A DNA stretch of 64,000 bases from Candidatus Eiseniibacteriota bacterium (GCA_963792585.1 CAWBWI010000003.1:156084-220083); one strand, 5' to 3'. Shown: positions 1 to 10,397, numbered from the stretch's first letter. The notes: generated from the letters alone by a model not told the origin. A program made the numbers and translations.

Positions 1-912
1 AAGCCGCTCGACATAGAGCCGCTGCATCGCCGGGCTGGCTGGGATCGTGAGCGGGTAGGGCGCGTCCACCGTCTCTGCGGGCCACGCGGTCTCGGCCACG
101 GCGAACGGCTTCCCGGGTGCGATTGCGGCCATCCCGCTGAAGTAGTCCTCCCGCAAGAGGAGCGGATCGGGTCCCAGCCATGAGTAGGGATAACCGCTCA
201 TGGCAACATAGTCCGTATAGGGCAGGATCTCCGCGAGGGCCGCCTGGTAATGACCGGGATGGTCGAGGTAGGCATCGGCCTGCAACGTCAGCAAGACCGG
301 CAAGTCGGGATGGTCCTCCTTGATCGACGCGTAGACGGCGGCGGCGAGATCGACGAAGCCGCCCCATCTGCCGGGCGCGTTCAAGTAGAGCAGGTTCGCC
401 TCGATCGCATAGGCGAAGTAGTCCGGCTGGAACATCGCCACCATCGTCGAGCAGTGGGCGGCGAAGGCCGCAATCACCCGCGGAGAGCCGAAGGAGAGTG
501 TGTCCCAGGGCGCGGTCAACGGCTCGCTTCCCTGGTCGCCCCGATGGGGAGCGAGGCGATCGCGCTCAAACGCGATGGGCGTGACGGCAAGGTAGAGCCG
601 GTGGTTCGGCGGCGTCTGGTCGGCTTTGAAACGAAGGGCGTCCCGGAACCCTTGGGGGTAGAGCGCGCCGTCGAACGCCTCCTGCCACGGCACGCCGTCA
701 TCGAAGTGGAGGACGACCAGGTCCGCATCGCGACGGATGACGCTCCAGGTTTCCAGGACGGCCGTGAGGTTGTTGCCGCTCGGAAAGTCGGTGAAGCCCA
801 TCGCGAACGCTCGCCCATCGCCGTCTCCGGGGCCGGTCGATCCGCCGCCCCCGCACGAGACCAGGCAGAGGATCGCGAGCGCCGGGGCGAGAAGCGCCCG
901 GACGCCCGCACA
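1..912 (-). CDS. Putative secreted lipoprotein with a TIM-barrel glycoside-hydrolase-like domain. Partial: the 3' end runs past the window edge and no canonical start codon is found
   Basis: My own translation of the minus strand in the third frame gives a continuous ORF, ...AGCAGVRALLAPALAILCLVSCGGGGSTGP..FAMGFTDFPSGNNL...YPYSWLGPDP..., with a lipobox-like LVSC. It begins immediately after the ompA-like stop, overlapping TAA. No in-frame ATG, GTG or TTG lies between that stop and the signal peptide. This frame is absent from the supplied ORF track because it lacks an M. Confidence 0.45.
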
Positions 913-926
913 CCCCGCGCGGCCGC

Positions 927-1466
927 TTATTTCAATACCCAGATCTCGACCTTCCGCTCGAGACCCATCTTGATCTTCTCGAAGTCCTTCGCGCTCGAAT
1001 AGCGCGAACCGAAGCTCGCGACCTGCACGCGATCCGCCTGGATCCCGAGGCTCGCCAGCAAGTTGCGCGCAGCTTCCGCCCTCTGCGTACCGAGTTTCTC
1101 GGCGTTCGCGTTCTCCTTGATGCCATCCGCGAATCCGACTGCGAGCAGTCGCGCCTCCGGCTTGTCGGCAAGTTGCTTCACCGCCTCGCGGCATGCCCCG
1201 ACAGCTTCGGGCTTCATGTCGGTCCCCTCCTCGGAAAACCCGAAGGAGGTCAGGCGGTAGTCCGGATTCCCCTCGAAGGCGGGCGTCGGCGCGGCGTCGT
1301 AGTCCCACGGGCCTACCGCGCTGCCCGCCATTTCCTGCACCACCTCGCTCGAGGCGGACGTGACCTCCGAGGTGCCGCCCGTGGTTGTCTTCTTCGATCC
1401 ACACCCGTAAATGACCAAGCAGCCTGTCAGCAGGATTCCGACGATACCCAAAGCACTGCGATTCAT
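927..1466 (-). CDS. OmpA-family (Pal-like) peptidoglycan-associated lipoprotein
   Basis: Lipoprotein signal MNRSALGIVGILLTGCLVIYGC. The OmpA C-terminal domain motifs are present (LLAVGFADGIKENANAEKLGTQRAEAARNLLASLG...VASFGS). The SD GAGGGGGA sits about 8 nt upstream of the ATG at 1466. Confidence 0.8.
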   Translation of the reverse strand: MNRSALGIVGILLTGCLVIYGCGSKKTTTGGTSEVTSASSEVVQEMAGSAVGPWDYDAAPTPAFEGNPDYRLTSFGFSEEGTDMKPEAVGACREAVKQLADKPEARLLAVGFADGIKENANAEKLGTQRAEAARNLLASLGIQADRVQVASFGSRYSSAKDFEKIKMGLERKVEIWVLK

Positions 1467-1498
1467 GAACGTATCCCCCTCTTTGTTCGCACCCATCG

Positions 1499-1897
1499 TC
1501 ACGGCCGCCGCGCCACGTCCAACAGCTCGATCTCATCGGCCTTCAGGATCAATTCGATGCGCGACATCCCCGAGATGCGGATACGACTGCCGATCTCGAG
1601 TTCGGCCGGCCTCAACTCCGACCGATCGGGCCCGAAGATCCGCACATCCTCGGCGTAGGAGACCATCCACGTCGCGTGCTCTCGCACATCCTTCACGGTC
1701 AGCGCGCGTGCCTCGGGCCGGGCGTCCACGATGATCGCCTCGATCATCGTCGGGACGGGCGCCATGTCCATCATCCCGCCCGAACCCGGAGCCGTTCGGG
1801 GGGTCGTGGCCGCACACCCGCATACGAGAAGGATCGCGAGCCCCATCGCCAAGGCCGCTCTCCGGGATGTCCGTATCGTCGCCATCGGGACGATCAT
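1499..1897 (-). CDS. Hypothetical small lipoprotein
   Basis: ORF with signal peptide MIVPMATIRTSRRAALAMGLAILLVCGC. It is co-directional with the ompA-like gene. Start chosen at the internal ATG (MIVP...). Confidence 0.45.
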   Translation of the reverse strand: MIVPMATIRTSRRAALAMGLAILLVCGCAATTPRTAPGSGGMMDMAPVPTMIEAIIVDARPEARALTVKDVREHATWMVSYAEDVRIFGPDRSELRPAELEIGSRIRISGMSRIELILKADEIELLDVARRP

Positions 1898-2095
1898 AGA
1901 CCCGCCGCGGCCGGCCGTGCGAGACCTCACCCGCCTCGCCGGGCCTCTCGCCTCCCGAGACCGCTCCCGCGGCCCGGCGGTCCACGGCCCCCGCAGGGTC
2001 CGCCACCCTCATGGGGCGCCCGCCGGCCTTGACCACGCCCGTCGGGGAACCGTAGCCTCAGGGCCTGCAACTCGGGTGGGGAAAGGAGGGAGCGG

Positions 2096-3785
2096 ATGGC
2101 GGCCTTGGTGGAGTGCGTCCCGAATTTTCAGTGAGGGAAGGGACCGGTCGGTCCTCGACGCGATCGCCCGCGAGATCGAGGGGGTCGACGGCGCGCGCTT
2201 GCTCGATGTCGATCCTGGCGCCGACACGAACAGGACCGTCGTCACCTTCGTCGGCACCCCCGACGCCGTGGCCGAGGCGGCATTCCGCGCGATCCGCTGC
2301 GCATCCGAACGGATCGACATGGGAAAGCACAAGGGAGCCCATCCACGCATGGGCGCGACCGACGTCTGCCCCTTCATCCCCATCAGCGGTATCACGATGG
2401 AGGAGTGCGCCGAAATCGCGCGGCGCGTGGGCGAGCGGGTCGGACGCGAGTTATCGATCCCCGTCTACCTTTACGAGCACGCGGCCTCCCGTCCGGAATG
2501 GCAGAGCCTCGCGAACATCCGCGTGGGCGAGTACGAGGGCCTGGAGGCGAAGCTCGAAGATCCCGCCTGGAAGCCCGACTTCGGTCCTGCGAAGTTCAAC
2601 GCCCGAGCCGGTGCCACCGTGATCGGGGCCCGGGAGTTCCTGATCGCGTACAACGTGAACCTGAACACACGCGACAAGAAGCTCGCGAGCGAGATCGCCT
2701 TGAACATTCGCGAGACCGGAAGGCTCGCCAAGCATGCCGACGGTCAGCCGGTCCTCGACACCGCCGGGAACCCGGTGCGCAAGGCGGGGCTGTTGAAGGC
2801 GATTCGCGCGGTCGGCTGGACAATCGAGGAGTACGGCTGCGCCCAGGTTTCGATCAACCTCCTCAACTATGGCGTGACGCCCGTCCATGCGGCATTCGAG
2901 GCGTGCGTCGAGGAGGGGGCCAAGCTCGGCCTCCGCGTCACCGGTAGCGAGTTGGTCGGTTTGATCCCGCTCGAGGCGGTCTTGATGTCGGGTCGCTACT
3001 ACCTCTCCCGTCAGGGCAAGTCGACCGGAGTACCGGAGTCGGAGCTGGTCCACGTCGCCGTGCAGTCGCTCGGGCTCTCGAGCATCACCCCATTCGATCC
3101 CGCGAAGAAGATCATCGAGTATCGGGTTCGCGAGGGGCGTGCGCTCCTCGTCGACCGCACCATCCGCGGTTTTGTCGATGAGCTGTCGACCGACTCCCCC
3201 GCGCCCGGCGGCGGAAGCGTCGCCGCGCTGTGCGGCTCCCTCGGGGCCGCGCTCGGCGCGATGGTCGCGAACCTCACGATCGGCAAGAAGGGATTCGAGC
3301 CGGCGCGCGTGGAGATGCTCAAGATCGCCGAGAAGGGGCAGACGTTAAAGGATGCCTTCCTCGACGATATCGATCGCGATACCGACGCCTTCAACGCCGT
3401 GCTCGCTGCGCGGCGCATGCCGAAGAAGAGCCCCGAGGAGATCGCCGCGCGCGATGCGGCCATCGAGACGACGCAAAAGGGTGCGGTTCTCGTCCCGATG
3501 GGCGTCCTCGAGCGAACCGGCGCCGTTCTCGACCTCGCCGAGGCTGTCGCCGCCCGGGGCAATCCAAACTCCGCGAGCGACGCAGCCGTCGCCGCCCTTG
3601 CTGCCGGCGCATGCGCCGAGGGGGCCTACGACAACGTCATGATCAATCTTCCCGGCATCGCGAATCACGACTGGGCCGCCCAGACCGCCGACAAGGCGAA
3701 GCTCGCGCTCACCTGGTGCCGCGAGCGGAGCATGAAGATCGCGGGCGAAGTCCGGGCACGACTGGAGGCTCAAGCGGGGATCTGA
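2096..3785 (+). CDS. ftcD: Bifunctional glutamate formimidoyltransferase / formimidoyltetrahydrofolate cyclodeaminase (FTCD-like), interrupted by a 1-nt frameshift 12 codons in
   Basis: AGGAGG SD 7 nt before the ATG at 2096. The translation MAALVECVPNF stops at a TGA, while the +1 frame continues SEGRDRSVLDAIAREI... This is the hallmark FTCD N-terminus (M..LVECVPNFSEGR), split at the TTTT run at 2125-2128. Downstream the transferase and cyclodeaminase domains are recognisable (GATDVCPFIP, C-terminal cyclodeaminase helical region). Confidence 0.75.
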
Positions 3786-3904
3786 CCATCGGTGGCCGGC
3801 AATCCTGAGTCCCCCCCTGCCCGAAACCCTCTAATTATGCTATACTTGCAACGTTTCGGACGACCCGGCCGGAATTCCGGCACCAACATGCCTGGAGGGC
3901 GGAC

Positions 3905-5698
3905 ATGCGTCGCAACTCGTTGAAGGGCCTTCCCTTGCTCATCTTGGCGATCCTCTTCCTCACCCCGGCGACTGCTCCGGCCGCGGACACGCACCCGTCG
4001 ACCATCGACCGGTGGGAGTGGGACACCGATCACATCGCGAAGCAGCTTCCCCAGTGGGAGACGCCCGAAGAGCGGGAGTGGGCCAAGGACCAGCCGCCCC
4101 TGATTCTGCTCAACGATCCGCCCCCCATCGCGCCCATCCGCAACGTGGGCGAATACGAACCGATGTCGAAGGCGCTCATACGCTATCCGCTCGGCATCCC
4201 GTATGCGCTGATCCGCGAGATGGCGGAGAACGTCCAGATCGCGTGCGTTGTCTCGTCGGGTCTCTACAACACCGCCCGATCGAACTTCCAGACAAACGGA
4301 GTCGATCCCGACGCGGTGGACTGGATCATCGCCCCAAGCGACTCCTACTGGACGCGCGACTACGGCCCCTGGTTCGTCTACGACGGCGGCGGAGACATCG
4401 CGATCATCGACCATTACTACAACCGTCCGAGCCGACCGAACGACAACCTGATCCCGATCGTATGCGCCCAGCATTGGGGCATTCCCTCCTACACGCACGA
4501 TCTGTGGACCACTGGCGGCAACTACATGACCGACGGGTATGGAATATCCTTCTCGACCGATCTGGTCTGGAACGAGAACACCAATCGGACCCATCAGCAG
4601 ATCTTCCAGCTGATGCACGATTACTACGGTCTCTCCACTTATAACGTGGTCCCGGACATTTCGACCTCCGGGATCCACCACATCGACTGCTGGGCGAAGC
4701 TCCTCGACGAAGAGACGATCGTCATGAAGCAGGTCTCTTCGGGACATCCGGACTACCCCGAGCTGGAACAGAACGCCACACTGATCTCGTCGCTCACGGC
4801 CTCGACCGGGAGGAACTACCATGTCGTCCGCGTCTTCTGTCCATCGATCGGAGGCACCGACGTCGCCAGCTATACGAATTCGCTCATCGTCAGCCGCAAG
4901 GTTCTCGTTCCGATCTTTAACAATTCCTATGACAATCAGGCTCTCGATGTCTATCGGGCCGCGATGCCTGGATACGAAGTCCTGGGCTTCACCGGCAGTT
5001 GGCTCACCGACGATGCGATTCACTGCCGGGTCATGGGTATCCCGGACTTCTACATGCTTCGGGTCGAGCACACGCCGATCATTTCGTGGAACACCTACGC
5101 GCCGATACCCGTGTCGGCGCGGTTCGATGATCGTAGCGAGGCGGGTCTCAAGTCCGATTCGCTGCTCGTCTATTGGCGCGCCTATCCGACCGGAAATCCG
5201 GCGGGACCGTTCAGCCCCCGCGTGATGATCGCGACAGGCGGCCAGGATGAGTACGCCGTCGATCTCCCGGCTCAGGCAAGCGGAACCACCGTCGACTACT
5301 ACATCCATGCGGTCGATCAGACGAGCCGCCGGGCCGGGATGCCGCGCGCGGAGCCGAGCGGGTGGTACACGTTCAACGTGACGTTGCCCCCCGCCGATGT
5401 CGCCGATCTCGGCGGCGCGCAGAGCGCGCGTCTCGAGCAGAACCGACCCAACCCTTTCAACCCATCGACCGTCTTCTCGTTCGAACTGCAGTACGCGGAC
5501 GACGTTCGCCTCACGATCCACGATGCCGAGGGTTGTCTCGTGCGTACCCTCGTCGACGGCGGCGTTGCCGCCGGACGCCATGAGATCAATTGGGATGGTC
5601 GCAACGACGATGGCCGGGAACTCGCGGCCGGGACCTATTTCTATCGCCTCCAGGCGGCCCGGGTGACCTATACCCGAAAGGCCCTCCTATTGAAGTAA
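3905..5698 (+). CDS. Secreted Porphyromonas-type peptidylarginine/agmatine deiminase family (PAD_porph) protein with a T9SS-type C-terminal sorting domain
   Basis: Signal peptide MRRNSLKGLPLLILAILFLTPATAPAA. Motifs SYWTRDYGPWFV, HHIDCWAKL and TDDAIHCRVMG are typical of agmatine deiminase/PPAD. The C-terminus NRPNPFNPSTVFSFEL...GTYFYRLQAARVTYTRKALLLK is CTD-like. GGAGGG SD. Confidence 0.7.
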   Translation: MRRNSLKGLPLLILAILFLTPATAPAADTHPSTIDRWEWDTDHIAKQLPQWETPEEREWAKDQPPLILLNDPPPIAPIRNVGEYEPMSKALIRYPLGIPYALIREMAENVQIACVVSSGLYNTARSNFQTNGVDPDAVDWIIAPSDSYWTRDYGPWFVYDGGGDIAIIDHYYNRPSRPNDNLIPIVCAQHWGIPSYTHDLWTTGGNYMTDGYGISFSTDLVWNENTNRTHQQIFQLMHDYYGLSTYNVVPDISTSGIHHIDCWAKLLDEETIVMKQVSSGHPDYPELEQNATLISSLTASTGRNYHVVRVFCPSIGGTDVASYTNSLIVSRKVLVPIFNNSYDNQALDVYRAAMPGYEVLGFTGSWLTDDAIHCRVMGIPDFYMLRVEHTPIISWNTYAPIPVSARFDDRSEAGLKSDSLLVYWRAYPTGNPAGPFSPRVMIATGGQDEYAVDLPAQASGTTVDYYIHAVDQTSRRAGMPRAEPSGWYTFNVTLPPADVADLGGAQSARLEQNRPNPFNPSTVFSFELQYADDVRLTIHDAEGCLVRTLVDGGVAAGRHEINWDGRNDDGRELAAGTYFYRLQAARVTYTRKALLLK

Positions 5699-5822
5699 CG
5701 CCCCCCGCGGAGCGCTCTGTCTCGAAGAAGGCCGGGGTTGCCCCCCGGCCTTCGTATGCTATTCTCCTCGGTTCTCGCGACCAAGGGCCGCGCGCAACCA
5801 ACCTCCATGAGGAGTCGATCGC

Positions 5823-6224
5823 ATGAGTCCGAAGGAGAACAAGTCCGCCATACAGGGCATCTACGCGGCGTTCGGGCGCGGCGACATACCCGCCGTTCTC
5901 GACGCGCTCACCGACGACATCGAGTGGACCTTCCACGGGCCACCCGAGATCCCGTACGCCGGCCGTCATCGCGGTCGCGACGCGATCGCCCGCTTCTTCA
6001 CGATCGTGAGCGAGGTCGCGAGCATCCAGGAATTCGCGCCACAGAAGTTCCTCGCCGATGAGGAGACGGTGGCCGTCCTCGGGCGCGAGAGGGTCACGGC
6101 CCGCAGTACGGGTCGCGAGTTCGACGTCGAGTGGATCCACGTCTTCGTCTTCCGCGGTGACAGGGTGGCGGAGATCTTCGAGTTCACCGACACGGCGGCG
6201 CTCGCCGCGGCGTACGGCACATGA
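5823..6224 (+). CDS. SnoaL-like / NTF2-like (ketosteroid-isomerase-like) small protein
   Basis: 133 aa. IQGIYAAFGRGDIPAVLDALTDDIEWTFHGP... is a typical SnoaL_2 fold signature. Confidence 0.65.
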   Translation: MSPKENKSAIQGIYAAFGRGDIPAVLDALTDDIEWTFHGPPEIPYAGRHRGRDAIARFFTIVSEVASIQEFAPQKFLADEETVAVLGRERVTARSTGREFDVEWIHVFVFRGDRVAEIFEFTDTAALAAAYGT

Positions 6225-6227
6225 CGT

Positions 6228-6859
6228 TTGTCCACCTCTGCCGGGGGCGCTGCGAATGATGGCACGATCGATCCGATCCTGTCGGCCGGGCTGGCGGCGC
6301 CAGGTCGATCGCAATATGATCTCTCCGTCATGCCCTCGAAGATCACGGTCAATCGCGCACCCGTTCTGACCCTCTGGGCCGCAGTGGTCGCGGAACGGCT
6401 TGGCTTCGATCGCGACGCGGCCTTGACGCTCGGGAAGGCGGTCGCCGGTTTGAACGCGCAGGCCAAGGGCCGGCATCTCGGTATCTTCAAACCCCGCGCG
6501 AGCACGCATGGCGGGCCTCCGAAAAGAGCGGCCTCGGCGAAGAGTTCTGGATCGATCTGTGCGGGCGGGCGATCCCCGCAAAGCAGACCGCGGGCGGCGT
6601 ACGCGCGGTGGTGAAGGACGACCCGATCGAACCCGCCGCCGTGCAGGCCTACCTCGAGCGCGCCTTCGGCGGCGAACTCGCCGCGGTCCGTGCGGCCATG
6701 GAGCGCCTGGCCCGATCTCTCCAGCCGGACATCCTCACCCGCGATGCCTTTTCTCTGTATGAGAGTTTCCGACCGGCGGTCGCGCGCGGCCAAGCGGGAT
6801 GGGGTCAGAAGGGAACCCTCGACATCGAGAAGATCCTCGGCCTTCGTCCGGGGCGTTGA
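6228..6859 (+). CDS. Conserved hypothetical protein, apparently split by a frameshift near 6496-6502
   Basis: Two adjacent ORFs (6228..6614 and 6608..6859) lie in different frames and read as one polypeptide (...AQAKGRHLGIF / EHAWRASEKSGLGEEFWIDLCGRAIPAK...VKDDPIEPAAVQAYLERAF...) if the frame is changed at the AAACCCC run. An alternative start exists at 6330 (MPSKIT). Confidence 0.4.
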
Positions 6860-6950
6860 GCCCCGCCGGGTGACGGGAGCGGCTCGCCATCGCATGGCGT
6901 GTGCAGGCGGGCGTGCGGTCGGCTGGGATTCCCCGCGGAAGGCACTTCGC

Positions 6951-8117
6951 CTATTCCGTCTTGAGAGATCGCGCCCCCGCGCTGAGGAAGACCGCGGCGT
7001 ACCCCAGCAACACGAGACACGGGACGACGATCACCCCCGGTCCCTTCCCGAAGGAGAGCATCCCGTGGAGCGCGTCCATCGCCCATGCGGCCGGTGAGAT
7101 GTGGCCGAAGATCTGCATCCAGCGCGGCACGATCTCGAGCGGCCACCAGCACCCGCCGATCGCTGCCAGAAAGAGCGGCACGATCCAGGCGATCGCGCCC
7201 GCCTGCTCGGGCGTGCGCACCAATCCCCCCAGGAAGATCCCGATCGAGGCGGCCACGAGCGCGAGACAGAGTAGCAGCGCCACGAGCGCGAGCGGGCTCG
7301 GGCCCCACCAGACCTTGTAGAGCAGCGCCCCCGCGGTGATCAGGATGACGCTCTGCACGAATCCGAGCAGAACGCGTCCGAGGACCTTCCCGGAAAGGAT
7401 ATCTCCGCGACTGACCGGCATCGCGCTCAATCGAGCAAGGCATCGGTTCTGCTTCTCGAGCGCGAGAAAGGTCGCGCCGTAGATCACGGTGTTCGTCATC
7501 AGGAAGAGGACCAGCATCGCCGGCGCGCTCGCGCCGAATCCCGACGGGGTCGTGTGCCCTTTGCCCGCCGTGCGGACCTCGGTTCGGACGAGATCGGGGC
7601 GCGCGAGCAGTGCCCGATACTGCGTCTCGAACGCCGCCCCCGTGATCTCCCCTTTTCCGGAAGTGTCGGATTCGGCAAGGGCGGCGAGAGTCCGCAGGAC
7701 CACCTTGTATACCGATATGCGCGCGGAGAGATCCCGGTCCGCGTCGCGACTCCGGGTGACGTCCATGGTGAGCGTCGTTCTCAATCCGGCTTCCAGGGAA
7801 TCGGAGAATCCCTTCGGGATCGTGAGTGCGCGAGCGTAGGTCCCAGCGGAGTCGCGCATCTCCGGGAGGAAGACGCCGACCTTGAGCTTCTCCCTGCCCA
7901 GCTGTTCCACGAAGCTCCGCGAGAGGAAGCTCGCGTCCTCGTCGATCACGGCGAGACCGACGGGCGGGGACGATTTTCCGGAGTCCCGGAACATCCCGCC
8001 GAAGAGCCCGATGAAGGCGATGGGCATGATCAGCATCCAGAAGAGGGCGCTCCGCTCCTTCATCGTGAGCCGGAGGTCGTTGAGGGCGATCGCGAGGATC
8101 GCGGAGAGCCGGCGCAT
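6951..8117 (-). CDS. ABC-2 family transporter permease
   Basis: 389-aa ORF with 6 predicted TM helices. The ABC-2 permease architecture is present (N-terminal TM, large periplasmic loop, C-terminal TM bundle). The start ATG overlaps the upstream permease stop (TGATG). Confidence 0.8.
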   Translation of the reverse strand: MRRLSAILAIALNDLRLTMKERSALFWMLIMPIAFIGLFGGMFRDSGKSSPPVGLAVIDEDASFLSRSFVEQLGREKLKVGVFLPEMRDSAGTYARALTIPKGFSDSLEAGLRTTLTMDVTRSRDADRDLSARISVYKVVLRTLAALAESDTSGKGEITGAAFETQYRALLARPDLVRTEVRTAGKGHTTPSGFGASAPAMLVLFLMTNTVIYGATFLALEKQNRCLARLSAMPVSRGDILSGKVLGRVLLGFVQSVILITAGALLYKVWWGPSPLALVALLLCLALVAASIGIFLGGLVRTPEQAGAIAWIVPLFLAAIGGCWWPLEIVPRWMQIFGHISPAAWAMDALHGMLSFGKGPGVIVVPCLVLLGYAAVFLSAGARSLKTE

Positions 8118-9369
8118 CACGCACCCGTCCTGTAGCGCCGTCCGAAGAAGTACATCGCCGCGCCCGAGAAGATCGCGCCGCAGGCGATGAGGATCGCGAG
8201 GTTCGGAAGGATGCTCGCGAAGCTGCCGGAGCCGAAGAGGATCTCGCGGTAGCCGACGTTCCCCCAGTAGGTGAGGGTGTAGGGAGCCATCTTCTGAACG
8301 ACTGCGGGGAGGGATTCGAGCGGGATCCAGGATCCCCGAGCATCGACATCACCATGACCAGGATCGATCCGAGGGTCGAGCCGCTCCGCTCGGAGCGCGA
8401 GATCGACTGGATCAGCGCCGCGAATCCCGTCGCGGCCAGGCCGAAGGCGAGGGAGAGGCTGAAGAAGCCGACCGGGTGCAAACTCGATCCGGACCAGATG
8501 GCCGCCACGAGGGCCAGGATCACGATGCAGGCGATCGAGGTGATCCAGGTGGCCGCGATCTTACCGGCGATCACGCCCCCCGCCGGGACGGGCGCCACGA
8601 ACTGCCGCGGCAGAGTCCCGTGCGCCGCCTCGCGCGGGAGGTCGGCCATGCTTCCGATCGCGAGCATCATGAGGGAGAAGATCGCCATGCCCGGCAAGAC
8701 GAAGAGCGCGATCCGAAAAGGCGCGTCTCCATCCGACTTCTTCTCGTCGTTCGGGGTCGTGGCGTTCTCGAGCCTGATCGCGGGGGGCATGGCGTAGCGG
8801 CCCACGCCTTGCATCCGCCGGCTGATCGCGACCGATACGTTGGAGACGAACGTCTCGCTCGGCGGCGTGTCCTTCCGCGTGGACTCTCGAATCTCGGCAA
8901 GGGGACCACCCAGGACACGAACGGCCGCTCCCGACCCGAGCGCGAGGACGCGCACGAACTCCTCGACGATCTGCGGGTAGATACCCTGCGCCGGATTCCG
9001 CACCACTTCCAGGTACGTCGCGCGGCTCTCGAAGAGGCTGTCACTGAAACCCGGGGGAAAACGCAGGATTGCGGATATCTTGTTGTTCTCAATCATCCGC
9101 GTCGCGTTCGCCATGTTCGCTTCGACGATGTCGAACCGGGTGGTCATTCGCTCTTGCGCGAAAGAGGACTTCAACAGGCGTGATGCAAGTCCGCCGTCTT
9201 CGTCGACGAGCGCCACCCTGATCGGCGCGGTCTTCTCTCCGGAACTACCGAATGTGAAACCGATCAACAGCGCGAAGAGAACGGGGAAGATCAGGTAGAT
9301 CACCGGTCCCAGGGGAGAGCGGAGCTTTCGCAGCAGGTCCTTCCGGACGACGGCCAGGAATGTGCGCAT
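8117..9369 (-). CDS. ABC-2 family transporter permease, with a frameshift at the C-run 8334-8337
   Basis: The N-terminal 345 aa form a clear permease (MRTFLAVVRKDLLRKLRSPLGPVIYLIFPVLFALLIG...). Reading then continues correctly only in the -1 frame (GSWIPLESLPAVVQKMAPYTLTYWGNVGYREI...FFGRRYRTGA*), ending in a TGA that overlaps the next ATG. The 854-aa track ORF is a read-through artifact. Confidence 0.7.
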
Positions 9370-9379
9370 GTCGTCCGCG

Positions 9380-10309
9380 TCAATCTCGCAGATCGCGCCC
9401 GGTCAATTTGATGAAGACGTTCTGAAGGCTCGGCTCTTGCATCGTGATGTCCGCGACGTCGACGCCGGAACGCAGGATGGTCGTCAACATATCCGAAGCG
9501 GCGCGACGTTCCCCGGTGACCGAGACCATCGCCGCGTTGTCCTCCAATGAGAGGATCTTCACATCGGCCGACGCGCCGATTGCCGAGCGAAACGCGTTGG
9601 CCGTGAATTCCCCCCTGAGGGTCACGATCGTCCCCTCGCCGACGAGCCGGCGAAGCTCGGGTATCGTCCCTTCCGCCAGAATGCGGCCCTTGTCCACGAT
9701 TCCGACGCGGTCACAGAGCAGCTCCGCCTCCTCGAGATAGTGCGTGGTGTAGAGGATGGCGGTCCCCTCCTTCTGAAGAACGCGCACGACGTCGAGGATG
9801 TTGATCCGGGCTTGGGGATCGATCCCGACCGTCGGCTCGTCGAGGAGAAGCGCCTTCGGCCCGTGGACCAGGCCGATCGCGAGGTTGAGCCGGCGCTTCA
9901 TCCCGCCGGAGAACTTGCGGCTGGCCGTCTTCGCGCCCGGGTCGAGACCAACCCGCTCGAGCGATTGGGCCACCCTGCGCTTGGCCTCTCCACCCCTAAT
10001 CCCGTGCAAGGACGCGAAGTAGGAGACATTTTCGGCGGCGCTCAGGGTGTCGTAGATCGCCGTCTCCTGCGGAACGACCCCGAGGTGACGCCGGGCAGCG
10101 ATGGGGTCGGCGGCGAGGTCGATCTCGGCGACCGTGACGCGACCGCCGTCCGGCTTCAAGAGCCCGGAAATGCAGGAGATCGTGGTTGTCTTCCCCGCGC
10201 CATTGGGTCCGAGGAGGCCGTAGATCTCCCCGGGCGCAACCCGGAAGGAGATCCCGTCGACCGCCCGGGTCGAACCGTAGTGTTTCTGGAGATTCTCGAC
10301 TTGGATCAT
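9380..10309 (-). CDS. ABC transporter ATP-binding protein (the ABC-2 exporter ATPase)
   Basis: Walker A GPNGAGKTT, signature LSGGMKRRL, Walker B LLLDEPTVGID, H-loop. The ATG at 10309 (MIQVENL) is preceded by AGGTGGGGG. First gene of the ATPase-permease-permease operon. Confidence 0.9.
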   Translation of the reverse strand: MIQVENLQKHYGSTRAVDGISFRVAPGEIYGLLGPNGAGKTTTISCISGLLKPDGGRVTVAEIDLAADPIAARRHLGVVPQETAIYDTLSAAENVSYFASLHGIRGGEAKRRVAQSLERVGLDPGAKTASRKFSGGMKRRLNLAIGLVHGPKALLLDEPTVGIDPQARINILDVVRVLQKEGTAILYTTHYLEEAELLCDRVGIVDKGRILAEGTIPELRRLVGEGTIVTLRGEFTANAFRSAIGASADVKILSLEDNAAMVSVTGERRAASDMLTTILRSGVDVADITMQEPSLQNVFIKLTGRDLRD

Positions 10310-10359
10310 TGCCCCCACCTTTTCGACGGCGGAGCCTACCAGACTCCGAGCCCCGAGTC

Positions 10360-10397
10360 CTTCGTTTTCTGGATGCTACGTATTTGATGCTATAATC
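10360..10397 (+). promoter_or_regulatory. Candidate sigma70-type promoter with an extended -10 (TGcTATAAT) and direct repeats GATGCTA x2
   Basis: ggatgctacgtatttgatgcTATAATcg lies 47 nt upstream of the 10444 ATG. The -35 is weak (TTCTGG). Confidence 0.3.

Noticed and set aside
250-1002. 250-aa + strand ORF overlapping the start of the window
   Set aside because: Arg/Gly/Val-rich low-complexity translation, typical of an antisense frame in high-GC DNA. The real gene is the minus-strand lipoprotein ORF translated by hand (1..912).
3770-5581. 603-aa minus-strand ORF
   Set aside because: Shadow ORF antisense to the well-supported PAD-family gene (3905..5698). No motifs, Arg-rich.
5586-6581. 331-aa minus-strand ORF
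   Set aside because: Antisense to the SnoaL-like gene and hypothetical gene. Compositionally non-coding (R/G/P-rich).
6805-9369. 854-aa single ORF call
   Set aside because: Only the first ~345 aa are real (ABC-2 permease). The remainder is out-of-frame read-through across the second permease after a homopolymer indel. Replaced by two permease genes.
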